DNA from: Patescibacteria group bacterium UBA5738
Lineage (GTDB): Bacteria > Patescibacteriota > Minisyncoccia > Minisyncoccales > UBA5738
DNA length: 59,767 nt
NCBI GenBank assembly: GCA_002419295.1
Contig: DIFW01000016.1
Location: 9,043 to 68,809, forward strand
Reading direction: 5' to 3'
In this document: positions 1-8,050 of the stretch, one piece after another
Position numbering within the stretch: the first letter of the stretch is position 1
How the letters are laid out: every line of letters starts with the position of its first letter
Notes under the pieces: generated by a model
Databases searched by the model: none
The model's input: the letters and a program-made list of their open reading frames with translations, nothing else
Told to the model about the DNA's origin: nothing
Position numbers and translations under genes: made by a program

Positions 1-1016
1 AGGGGTTGGAAGGCCGGGTTTACGCCGGGAAAATTCCTTACGAGAAAAAAGAATACGATCTGGGCGCGGTTCCGGAATTGCCGACAAAGATTATGCTTAA
101 TGTGGGCACGCCCGAAGGCGCGTTCAAAGCGTCGTTTTTGCCCAATGACGGAGTGGGATTGGCGCGAGTGGAATTTATTTTTGCCGACAAAGTGAAAGTG
201 CATCCGCTGGCGTTAATAAATTTCGCCAAATTAAAAGACAAAAAAGTTAAGGCGCAGATTGAGCGGATTACCGCCGGCTACAAAGACAAAAAAGAATTTT
301 TCGTGGATAAGCTTGCCGAAGGCATCGCCACGATCGCCGCGGCGTTTTATCCCAAACATGTGATCGTGCGGTTTTCGGATTTTAAAACCAACGAGTACAG
401 CGCGCTGTTGGGCGGCAAAGACTATGAGCCTTTGGAATCCAATCCGATGATCGGCTGGCGCGGCGCGTCCCGTTATTATGACCCGCGCTTCGAGCCGGCG
501 TTCGCGATGGAATGCGCGGCGATCAAAAAAGTGAGGGAGGCGATGGGTTTGGACAATGTGTGGGTGATGATTCCTTTTTGCCGCACGGTTGAGGAGGGCG
601 GGAAAGTTATCGATGTGATGAAAAAGAACGGTTTGGAATCAAACGCCAACGGTTTGAAAATTATGGTGATGTGCGAAATTCCCTCCAATGTGATTTTGGC
701 CGACCGGTTTTTGGATATTTTCGACGGAATGTCGATTGGTTCCAACGACTTGACGCAGTTGGCGCTGGGTTTGGATCGCGACGCCGGCCAGCTCACGCAC
801 ATTGCCGACGAGAACAACGAGGCGGTGAAAATTTTGGTGGCGCAGGCGATCAAGGCTTGCAAGGCCAGAGGCAAATATATCGGCATTTGCGGACAAGCGC
901 CCAGCGACTATCCGGAATTCGCGGAATTCATTATGAAAGAAGGCATCGAAACCATGTCGCTTAATCCCGACAGCGTGATGAAAACGATTATCAAATTGGG
1001 CGGTCTGCGGAAATAA
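1..1016 (+). CDS. ppsA: Phosphoenolpyruvate synthase / PEP-utilising enzyme, C-terminal TIM-barrel part (5' end lies outside the window)
   Basis: The reading frame is open to the window edge. Motifs GLARVEFIF, MSIGSNDLTQLALGLDRD and ICGQAPSDYPEFAEFIMKEGIETMSLNPD are typical of the PpsA/PPDK C-terminal domain. Confidence 0.8.
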   Translation, partial: GLEGRVYAGKIPYEKKEYDLGAVPELPTKIMLNVGTPEGAFKASFLPNDGVGLARVEFIFADKVKVHPLALINFAKLKDKKVKAQIERITAGYKDKKEFFVDKLAEGIATIAAAFYPKHVIVRFSDFKTNEYSALLGGKDYEPLESNPMIGWRGASRYYDPRFEPAFAMECAAIKKVREAMGLDNVWVMIPFCRTVEEGGKVIDVMKKNGLESNANGLKIMVMCEIPSNVILADRFLDIFDGMSIGSNDLTQLALGLDRDAGQLTHIADENNEAVKILVAQAIKACKARGKYIGICGQAPSDYPEFAEFIMKEGIETMSLNPDSVMKTIIKLGGLRK

Positions 1017-1028
1017 AAAAAGGCAATT

Positions 1029-1205
1029 TTAATTTGCCAATTTATCTCCGATATATGATCCCGCATAGACTAATACACAACCAAAAAGGATCGCTACGAT
1101 TTCGATCAGATTATTTTTAACGATCAAATCTAAATTTGGGATCACCACTATCAGATATAGCAAAAACCCTGCGATTGTGCCTATCAATGTATGTATGAAA
1201 ATCAC
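1029..1205 (-). CDS. Hypothetical small hydrophobic protein (58 aa, two predicted TM segments)
   Basis: My own translation is VIFIHTLIGTIAGFLLYLIVVIPNLDLIVKNNLIEIVAILFGCVLVYAGSYIGDKLAN. It has a GTG start and no clear SD, and falls below the ORF-track cutoff. No homology was recognised. Confidence 0.25.
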   Translation of the reverse strand: MIFIHTLIGTIAGFLLYLIVVIPNLDLIVKNNLIEIVAILFGCVLVYAGSYIGDKLAN

Positions 1206-1291
1206 CTCGTTTTAAGACTATAATAAAAATTGACTTTGTCAACACTCGAGTTTGTTTTATTTGTTTGGAAATTGAAAATTATTTTAACTCT

Positions 1292-2281
1292 ATGTTTGAT
1301 GTAATCACTTTCGGGAGCGCGGCGTGGGACGCGTTTATGGATTTGCCGCCAAAATTCGTTAAAAAAAGCGCGCATTTCACTCCGGCAAAGGATTTGGTTT
1401 TTGATCTGGGGTCAAAAATCGATGTTCCCGCAACGCGGTTTGCCTTTGGCGGCGGCGGTGTGAACACCTCCCGGACATTTGCCGCGCAGGGCCTTAATAC
1501 CGCCTATTGCGGCATGGTGGGCGACGATATTCCCGGCCGGGAAGCGATTGAGTATCTGAAAGGATTGGGCGTTGACACTTCAATGGCGGCGATAACCGAT
1601 AAAATTTCCACCAACAGTTCCGTGGTGTTAAATGCTCCGGGGATGGATCGCGTGATTTTGGTTTATCGCGGCGCGTCGGAATTGCTGGAAAACAAAAATG
1701 TTCAATGGGACAAAATGAACGCCAAATTGTTTTATTTGGCACCGTTGTCGGGCAAATTATGCCGCTTGACCGAGCAAATCACCGCGCATGCCAAAAAACA
1801 AGGCGCGATGGTGGCGGCCAATTTGGGCAATTCACAGCTGGCGATGGGCCGGGCGTGCATTAAAAGCCTGTTGGCGCGCATTGATGTCTTGATTCTCAAC
1901 CAGGAGGAGGCGGCGATAATGGCCGAAGTTGATTATGCCGACGAAGCCGGCATTATTAAAAAAATTGTTCATATGCATTCGGGAATCAGCGTGATTACCA
2001 AAGGCGAAGCCGGCGCGATGGTGGTCGGCGGCGGCAAAATTTACAAAGCGAAATTGAAGAAATTCAAAATTGCCAATGTCACCGGCGCCGGAGACGCGTT
2101 CGGTTCAGGTTTTATGTCGGGAATGATGGCAAGCGGCAACGATATTGAATATTCAATGAAGCTGGCGCTGGTTAACGCCAAGCATTGCCTGTCTTCGCGC
2201 CGCGCCGAGGGCCTGCCGGCAAAACAGGACCGCCATCTGATCGAGCAAGAAAACATCAAAATCAAAATCCGTTCAATTTAA
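1292..2281 (+). CDS. PfkB-family (ribokinase-like) carbohydrate kinase
   Basis: It has the N-terminal MFDVITFGSAAWD, a GG dipeptide region (FAFGGGGVN) and the C-terminal anion-hole motif VTGAGDAFGSGF. The ATG at 1292 was chosen inside the 1265 ORF. Confidence 0.8.
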   Translation: MFDVITFGSAAWDAFMDLPPKFVKKSAHFTPAKDLVFDLGSKIDVPATRFAFGGGGVNTSRTFAAQGLNTAYCGMVGDDIPGREAIEYLKGLGVDTSMAAITDKISTNSSVVLNAPGMDRVILVYRGASELLENKNVQWDKMNAKLFYLAPLSGKLCRLTEQITAHAKKQGAMVAANLGNSQLAMGRACIKSLLARIDVLILNQEEAAIMAEVDYADEAGIIKKIVHMHSGISVITKGEAGAMVVGGGKIYKAKLKKFKIANVTGAGDAFGSGFMSGMMASGNDIEYSMKLALVNAKHCLSSRRAEGLPAKQDRHLIEQENIKIKIRSI

Positions 2282-2295
2282 TTGATTGGGAAAAC

Positions 2296-2322
2296 AAAAA
2301 AAAGCGCAATGCGCTTTTTTTG
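2296..2322. terminator. Bidirectional intrinsic terminator between convergent genes
   Basis: The sequence aaaaaaaaGCGCaatGCGCttttttt is a short GC hairpin flanked by an A-run and a T-run. It lies between the pfkB-like stop and the stop of the minus-strand surface-protein gene. Confidence 0.5.
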
Positions 2323-2344
2323 TTTTATGTGTTGCGTTGCTGTC

Positions 2345-3934
2345 TTATTGTTCCACGCAATAGAGCGCTCTTTGCACTGTATCGCAAACAGCGGGGCAAT
2401 TAGCGGGTTGGCCGACCTCTCCGGGGTTCCAGTGACCGGAGTATGTTCCGGCCCAATTTTGATTTTTGCTGGTGCTTTGGCCATAATAACAGCCGTCCCA
2501 ATAATAATGGCAAGTATTAGTTTGATAGCAAGTGTTGGCATAATTATAAGCGCCGCTACCGGTGGGTTGAAAATTGGTGAAGACTTGCGCGTTGGTCAAT
2601 TGGCCGAGTTCGTTGAATTGTATCGGATTTTGCAAATAATTGCCGCTGGCATCTACCGAAAACATATCATTGGGATCAGTGGCGACCAAATGCCATTCGC
2701 AGTTGGTGGTCGTGCCGATTTTTTCTCCGTTCCACAACGCCGCGCTGGGTAAAACATCGTGAGGTCGACGCGCAATATTTATTAGATTACAATTGCTTGT
2801 TCCTTGCTTGCAGGCAATCTCATACATCAGCGCTCTGTATATTCCAGTGAGGCCAGCCGCCGATGCCCGTGTTTGGCAGGCACGATCGGCGTTCTCCATT
2901 GTACTTCCGAGATTTGGAGTATGTACAACATAGTCATCGTAAACAATGCTAGTCACAAATATTTTTTTATTTCCAGCGGGTAAATCGGCGGTGCATCCTC
3001 CCACGGGAATAAACGGTCCGCCGCCGCCGAGACATTCCGCCCAACTGGTGCAACAATCATCGCCGATACACAATCCGTCCCGAGCTTTCACATAACCGGC
3101 CACATCCAGTTTTTGCCCCGGAGTGTTTGTTCCAATGCCGACATTGCCGCCATTATCGTTGATAATTACCTTGGAATTTGTCTTGCCGCCGCGGATATAG
3201 GTGTCCTCATCAACAGAATAATTAAAGTGGCTTTTATTATTTGTGCCGGCAAACACCGCCGTTCCTCCGTTGGCGGTACCTCTGGTAACATACAGAGTGC
3301 CATCAGGAGTGTTTGTTCCAATGCCGACATTGCCGTTATAACCCGCGATGGTTCCACCTCTACTGCCAAGTTTTATAGCTGAAACGGCATTGTTTTGCAA
3401 ACCGTAAATTCCCAGCGTGTTTGCCGCGTCAATGTCTGCCAAAAAGGCATCATCGCCAATTCTCAAAAATTGCGTTCCCGCACCCGCACCATTGTCGGCA
3501 ATATCCAATTTGCCTGCCGGAGAGCCAGTGCCGATGCCGACATTGCCGCCATCAGTTATTGTCATACGGTTGGCGCAAAGTCCACTACCACAACCGATAG
3601 TGTCATAAACCCAAAACTGAAGAGAGTTTCCATAGGTTCCTGTCATGTTGTAAATTTTCCATTGGTTTGCTATTCCGGGGTTGATTTTTGTGGAATTTAA
3701 AAGGGTTAAATAACCACCACTATCACCACCGCCAGTTGACATAAGTCCGCCGGTTGTCAAAGCTCCTTCTTTTGTTTGCGCGGTGCCGCCGGTGTTTATC
3801 GGGGCGGCGACATTGGGGTTGGGAGGATTGGAACCGGGCGGGGTCCATGCAAAAATCAGATAGCTTGCCGAAACCGAGAACACCAAAACTCCGGTCGATA
3901 ACGCCAACGCTTTGGCAAATTTTGTTTGTTTCAT
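2345..3934 (-). CDS. Secreted/anchored surface protein: N-terminal hydrophobic anchor, tail-fibre-like GNVGIGT repeats, Cys-rich endostatin/DUF1554-like C-terminal domain
   Basis: The 529-aa ORF starts with the signal/anchor MKQTKFAKALALSTGVLVFSVSASYLIFAW. It has three GNVGIGT(x)(S/T)P..(K/T)L(D/Y)(I/V) repeats. The C-terminus reads KKIFVTSIVYD...NADRACQTRASAAGLTGIYRALMYE...CEWHLV...ALYCVEQ. Confidence 0.8.
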   Translation of the reverse strand: MKQTKFAKALALSTGVLVFSVSASYLIFAWTPPGSNPPNPNVAAPINTGGTAQTKEGALTTGGLMSTGGGDSGGYLTLLNSTKINPGIANQWKIYNMTGTYGNSLQFWVYDTIGCGSGLCANRMTITDGGNVGIGTGSPAGKLDIADNGAGAGTQFLRIGDDAFLADIDAANTLGIYGLQNNAVSAIKLGSRGGTIAGYNGNVGIGTNTPDGTLYVTRGTANGGTAVFAGTNNKSHFNYSVDEDTYIRGGKTNSKVIINDNGGNVGIGTNTPGQKLDVAGYVKARDGLCIGDDCCTSWAECLGGGGPFIPVGGCTADLPAGNKKIFVTSIVYDDYVVHTPNLGSTMENADRACQTRASAAGLTGIYRALMYEIACKQGTSNCNLINIARRPHDVLPSAALWNGEKIGTTTNCEWHLVATDPNDMFSVDASGNYLQNPIQFNELGQLTNAQVFTNFQPTGSGAYNYANTCYQTNTCHYYWDGCYYGQSTSKNQNWAGTYSGHWNPGEVGQPANCPAVCDTVQRALYCVEQ

Positions 3935-4108
3935 TTTTATTTTTTTAAAATCTTTTTATAAATTCATTATAAATCAAAATAATTTAAAACAAAAATTATT
4001 TTCCGCAAAAAAAGTTCAGGGCTCATCGGCTCGGGGATGAATCTTGCCCGGCGGTTTGTCCCGGCGATGTTTGGCGGCGACAGGAAAACTTCGTTTACCC
4101 GGGACAGC

Positions 4109-5509
4109 TTATTGCTGTACGCAATAAAGCGCTTTTTGGGAACTGGCATCCATGCAGGGGGTACTGCAAAGCCCCATGCCGTTTAGCGGAGAAGATGCTC
4201 CCGCCCAATTCAAATCTTTGCTTGTGCTGTAACCATAGAAGCATCCGCGAATCGCCCCTCCCGTAATGTAGTCGCAGGTGCTGTATTGCAAGCAAGTATT
4301 CATCCGATCATAACCGCCATTACCCGTTGGCTGAAAATTTGTGAATACCCTTGCGTCGGTCAGGGTGCCGAATTCGTTATATTTTATCGGGTTTTGCAAA
4401 TAATTTCCGTCAGGGTTGACCGAGAACATATCGTTAGCGCCGGTCGCGACCAGGTGCCATTCGCAATTATTAGTCCCGCTGATTTTTCCCCCGTTCCACA
4501 GCGCCGCGCCGGGTAAAACATCCGTCGGATAACGCAAAACGGTAATAAGATTGCAATTGTTAAGTTGGGACAGCACGGTTTCATACATTAGCGCCAAATA
4601 TGTTCCTGAAAGACCAGCCGCCGCCGCCCGCGCCTGGCAGGCATTGTCGGCATTGGCCGTTGTGTATGTGAAATTTGCGGCGTGTACCAGCGCAACATCG
4701 TATGTGATGCTGGTGACGAATATTTTTTTATTTCCGGCGGGCAAAGGATCGGTGCAACCTGACACAGGAATGAAAGGGCTACCGCCGCCGCCCATGCATT
4801 CCTCCCATGTGGAACAGCACTGTCCTCCCAGACAAAGTTTGGTCCCAACATACACATTACCGGTTGGATTATTGATGTAAAGAGGGCGCAATGAATTCCA
4901 TGCTCCGTATTGGTTCTCCGAGTTGGTTAACAGAAAAAAAGTATTCGCGCCATCATTGCGCAACATCGCGCCGTAATTGCCGGCAACCATGCGCAGTTGG
5001 CCGTAGCCGGTGGACATTGTTGACTGCAATTCGCCGCTGGCCCGAACCGATCCGGCCACATCCAATTTTTGCGCCGGAATGGCGGTGCCGATACCGAGAT
5101 TGCCAGAATTTATCGTTGCTACCTCTGTGCCTCCATTAGTATTGATGAAATGGAAATTACCATTATACTCCCCAAAATACATATTGTTTCCCGTTGTCCC
5201 TGTTGAATAAATATAATGGTTGGCATCATTTGGCTCCAAATAAAGTCTGTTGGTGTTTCCGCCAGCATTGCCTCCGATACTAACACTGCCGCGGACATCC
5301 AACTTTTGCGTCGGGCTTTCAGTGCCGATGCCCAGATTGCCCAATTTTCCCTGCGCGTCGTTGCCGGTGTTTATCGGGGCGGCGACATTGGGGTTGGGAG
5401 GATTGGAACCGGGCGGGGTCCATGCAAAAATCAGATAACTTGCCGAAATCGAGAACACCAAAACTCCGGTTGATAATGCCAACGCTTTGGCAAATTTTGT
5501 TTGTTTCAT
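4109..5509 (-). CDS. Paralogous surface protein (same N-terminal module, tail-fibre-like repeats, endostatin/DUF1554-like C-terminal domain)
   Basis: The first roughly 49 residues of this 466-aa ORF are almost identical to those of the neighbouring gene. It has repeats GNLGIGTESPTQKLDV and GNLGIGTAIPAQKLDV. The C-terminus reads KKIFVTSITYD...NADNACQARAAAAGLSGTYLALMYE...CEWHLV...ALYCVQQ. Confidence 0.8.
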   Translation of the reverse strand: MKQTKFAKALALSTGVLVFSISASYLIFAWTPPGSNPPNPNVAAPINTGNDAQGKLGNLGIGTESPTQKLDVRGSVSIGGNAGGNTNRLYLEPNDANHYIYSTGTTGNNMYFGEYNGNFHFINTNGGTEVATINSGNLGIGTAIPAQKLDVAGSVRASGELQSTMSTGYGQLRMVAGNYGAMLRNDGANTFFLLTNSENQYGAWNSLRPLYINNPTGNVYVGTKLCLGGQCCSTWEECMGGGGSPFIPVSGCTDPLPAGNKKIFVTSITYDVALVHAANFTYTTANADNACQARAAAAGLSGTYLALMYETVLSQLNNCNLITVLRYPTDVLPGAALWNGGKISGTNNCEWHLVATGANDMFSVNPDGNYLQNPIKYNEFGTLTDARVFTNFQPTGNGGYDRMNTCLQYSTCDYITGGAIRGCFYGYSTSKDLNWAGASSPLNGMGLCSTPCMDASSQKALYCVQQ

Positions 5510-5669
5510 TTTTACTGAAAATACTTTCTATATAAACTTATTATAAAACAAAATAATTCAAAACAAAAATAAAAGTTATCCACAGTTTGCGATTTTCGCG
5601 CCGTTTATTGTTTTTGACAATTTGTATTATAATAGAATCGCGAGGTACAAAAAACAAAATTAAATTAAA

Positions 5670-5798
5670 ATGAGAATCAATATCAGCGTGATCAAGGCGG
5701 ATTTGGGCGCGATCGGCGGGCATATCCGCCCGTCAAAAGATTTGCTGGCGGCGGCGGAAAATCACATCAAAACGAAGAAGCAAGGGAATTTTGATTGA
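5670..5798 (+). pseudogene. fbp: Out-of-frame N-terminal 42 codons of FBP aldolase/phosphatase
   Basis: The ATG at 5670 gives MRINISVIKADLGAIGGHIRPSKDLLAAAENHIKTKKQGNFD*. This matches the conserved N-terminus (SVIKADIGS..GH) of class V FBPase. It ends at the TGA at 5796-5798 and is one frame away from the main body. Confidence 0.75.
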
Positions 5799-6771
5799 TT
5801 GGCGCGTTAGTTTCACCGGCGACGACATCGCGATTTTGGCGACGCACAACAAAGGTATTGAAAATGAAAAAGTGCACCGGCTTTGCTGGGACGCGTTTAT
5901 CGCGGGAATGAAAGTCGCCAAAGATCAGGGGCTTTACGGCGCGGGCCAGGATTTGTTAAATCTCAAATTTTGCGGAACATGCAAAGGGCTGGGGCCGGCG
6001 GTGGCGGAAATGGAATTTGAAGAACGCGACGCCGAACCGTTCTTGATGATCGCCGCGGACAAAACCGATCCGGGAGCGTTTAACTTGCCGCTCTATTTGT
6101 CGTTTTGCGATCCGATGCACAATGCCGGCTTGGTGATTTCGCCGAAAATCCGGCAGGGATATGTCTTTCGCATTGTTGATTTATCGCCTTCGGATAAAGA
6201 AAAATTCATCGAACTGAAATCACCTGAGGAAATATATGATATCGCGGTGTTGTTGCGCGATCAGGAAAGATTCGCGATCGAGTCGATTGTTTCGCGCGCC
6301 GACGGCGAAATCGCGGCGGTTGCCAGCACCACCCGTTTGCACAACATTGCCGGCAAATATGCCGGAAAAGACGATCCGGTGATGATTGTCAGAACGCAAA
6401 AGGGGTTTCCGGGGTCCGGGGAAATTTTGTCGCCCTATTCGATAGGACATCTGGTGGCCGGGTTTATGCGCGGATCGCATCACGGCCCGCTAATGCCGGT
6501 CAAGCAGAATACCGCGATTTCGTTTTTCGACGGGCCGCCGATCGTGAGTGCCGCGGCCTACAGCGTTCACAACGGCAAGCTGACCGAAGCCGCGGATTGT
6601 TTTGATCAGCCGTATTGGGATTATGTCCGATCGCGCGTTTCCCGAAAAGCCGAAGACATCCGGCGGCAAGGGTTTTTTGGGCCGGCGATGCTGGGAATGG
6701 GGGAACTGGAATACACCGAAATGGCGCCCATCTTGAAAAATTTGGAGAAAAAGTTTAATATCAAAAAGTGA
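5791..6771 (+). CDS. fbp: Fructose-1,6-bisphosphate aldolase/phosphatase (archaeal-type, class V FBPase), main body
   Basis: The protein reads (L)IDWRVSFTGDDIAILATH...GLYGAGQDLL...GLGPAVAEMEF...KTDPGAFNLPLY...GKYAGKDDPVMIVR...GSHHGPLMPV. From memory, this is collinear with the Sulfolobus/Thermoproteus enzyme. Confidence 0.85.
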   Translation: MIDWRVSFTGDDIAILATHNKGIENEKVHRLCWDAFIAGMKVAKDQGLYGAGQDLLNLKFCGTCKGLGPAVAEMEFEERDAEPFLMIAADKTDPGAFNLPLYLSFCDPMHNAGLVISPKIRQGYVFRIVDLSPSDKEKFIELKSPEEIYDIAVLLRDQERFAIESIVSRADGEIAAVASTTRLHNIAGKYAGKDDPVMIVRTQKGFPGSGEILSPYSIGHLVAGFMRGSHHGPLMPVKQNTAISFFDGPPIVSAAAYSVHNGKLTEAADCFDQPYWDYVRSRVSRKAEDIRRQGFFGPAMLGMGELEYTEMAPILKNLEKKFNIKK

Positions 6772-6805
6772 GCCGTTTGCACCAATCGCTTTTTGAAAAT
6801 ACAAA

Positions 6806-7255
6806 ATGAAAACCAATATCAAGGTTCTGGCCGTAATTTTGGCAATTCCGGTTTTGGCGGCGGTTTTGTTTTTGTTTTTTCCGCGGGAAAACGGGTCGGC
6901 GCGCGCGTCGGTGGACCGCACCGATTATCAAGCCGGCGAGACGATGGAGCTTGTAATGGAAAACGGGTTTGGACGGGAAATATGTTTTTCTTCTTGCTAT
7001 CCGTACATAATGGAAATTCAGAACGAAAAGGAAGAATGGGAGCCATATGTTTATCAGGATTGCGCGGTGCCGGATGTTGCGATTGACTGCGTTTCCGCGT
7101 CCGGTTCGAAAAAATTCCGAATTTTGCTGGACGATCCCATGATCGGCGCTCATCGCTTGAAAATACCCGTATGTTTTGATTGCTCCGCCGGGCAAAACTT
7201 TAAGTCCGACCAGATGCTGTATTCCGGAACATTTGCAATAAGCGATAAAAATTAA
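6806..7255 (+). CDS. Hypothetical secreted/membrane-anchored protein
   Basis: This 149-aa ORF has an N-terminal signal/anchor MKTNIKVLAVILAIPVLAAVLFLFF, several Cys residues and a plausible composition. No family was recognised. Confidence 0.55.
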   Translation: MKTNIKVLAVILAIPVLAAVLFLFFPRENGSARASVDRTDYQAGETMELVMENGFGREICFSSCYPYIMEIQNEKEEWEPYVYQDCAVPDVAIDCVSASGSKKFRILLDDPMIGAHRLKIPVCFDCSAGQNFKSDQMLYSGTFAISDKN

Positions 7256-7295
7256 CATTAAAATTTCTTTCTGCGAAGAATGACAATAGAAAAAT

Positions 7296-7967
7296 ATGCT
7301 TACACTAAACGCGAAAATTAGAACCGAACAGGGGCGGAAAACGGAAGAATTGCGCCGGCAAGGATTTGTTCCCGCGGTTTTGTACGGGCCGGGGATTGAG
7401 AACAGAAATTTGGCGGTGGCGGCAAAGGATTTTTCCGACTTGCTTCGCCGCGCCGGCAAAACATCTTTGATTTCGCTGAAAATCGACGGCGTCAAAGACG
7501 ATTTTATGATTCTCATCAATGATTTTTCCGTTGATCCCATTAACGACAAAATCGTTCATATTGATTTGTATCAGCCCGACTTGAAAAAAGAAATTGAAGC
7601 CGAAGTGCCGCTGATTTTTGAAGGGGAAGCGCCGGCGGTGAAAGATTTGGGCGGCACCTTGGTGAAGAATTTTGACGAGATTACGGTTAAGGCTTTGCCC
7701 GCGGATTTGCCGCGCGAAATCAAGGTTGATATTGCCGTCTTGAAGACATTTGATGACGCGGTTATGGTGAAGGATTTGCCGATCGGGGCCAAGATTGAAT
7801 TGCTCAAAAATCCGGAAGAAATTGTGGCGCTGGTGATTGAGGCTCAGCAAATTGAAGAGGAACTGAGCCAGCCAATTGAAGAAAATGTCGAAAGCGTCGC
7901 CAAAGTGGAAAAGGAAAAGAAGGATGAAGTGAGCGAAGAAGAAGCCGCGCCGTCGGCAAAAAAATAG
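7296..7967 (+). CDS. rplY: 50S ribosomal protein L25/Ctc (long form)
   Basis: The N-terminus reads LNAKIRTEQGRKTEELRRQGFVPAVLYGPG, and the protein has an acidic C-terminal extension. Confidence 0.9.
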   Translation: MLTLNAKIRTEQGRKTEELRRQGFVPAVLYGPGIENRNLAVAAKDFSDLLRRAGKTSLISLKIDGVKDDFMILINDFSVDPINDKIVHIDLYQPDLKKEIEAEVPLIFEGEAPAVKDLGGTLVKNFDEITVKALPADLPREIKVDIAVLKTFDDAVMVKDLPIGAKIELLKNPEEIVALVIEAQQIEEELSQPIEENVESVAKVEKEKKDEVSEEEAAPSAKK

Positions 7968-7990
7968 TTTTCGCGCCTTTGAGGAATGAA

Positions 7991-8021
7991 GCGCGCCGGG
8001 TTGCCAATGCCGGCGCGTTTT
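7991..8021 (+). terminator. Intrinsic terminator after rplY
   Basis: The hairpin CGCGCCGG-gttgccaatg-CCGGCGCG is followed by TTTTT. A TATAAT box follows at 8023-8028. Confidence 0.6.
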
Positions 8022-8050
8022 TGTATAATGAGGGCGTAATAATTATCACA

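Noticed and set aside
2282-2752. 156-aa plus-strand ORF
   Set aside because: It is antisense to the C-terminal endostatin-like domain of the 2345-3934 gene.
5796-5810. UGA recoding (code 4/25) as an explanation for the stop inside fbp
   Set aside because: Reading through the TGA at 5796 in that frame meets TAG three codons later. Many clearly complete genes in the window terminate with TGA. The downstream homology is in a different frame, so a frameshift rather than recoding is required.
6761-7549. 262-aa minus-strand ORF spanning the 6806-7255 gene and the start of rplY
   Set aside because: It is antisense to an unambiguous L25 gene and to a signal-peptide-bearing ORF. Its composition is Arg/Ser/Phe-rich and low-complexity, which is typical of shadow ORFs. 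No motif was recognised.
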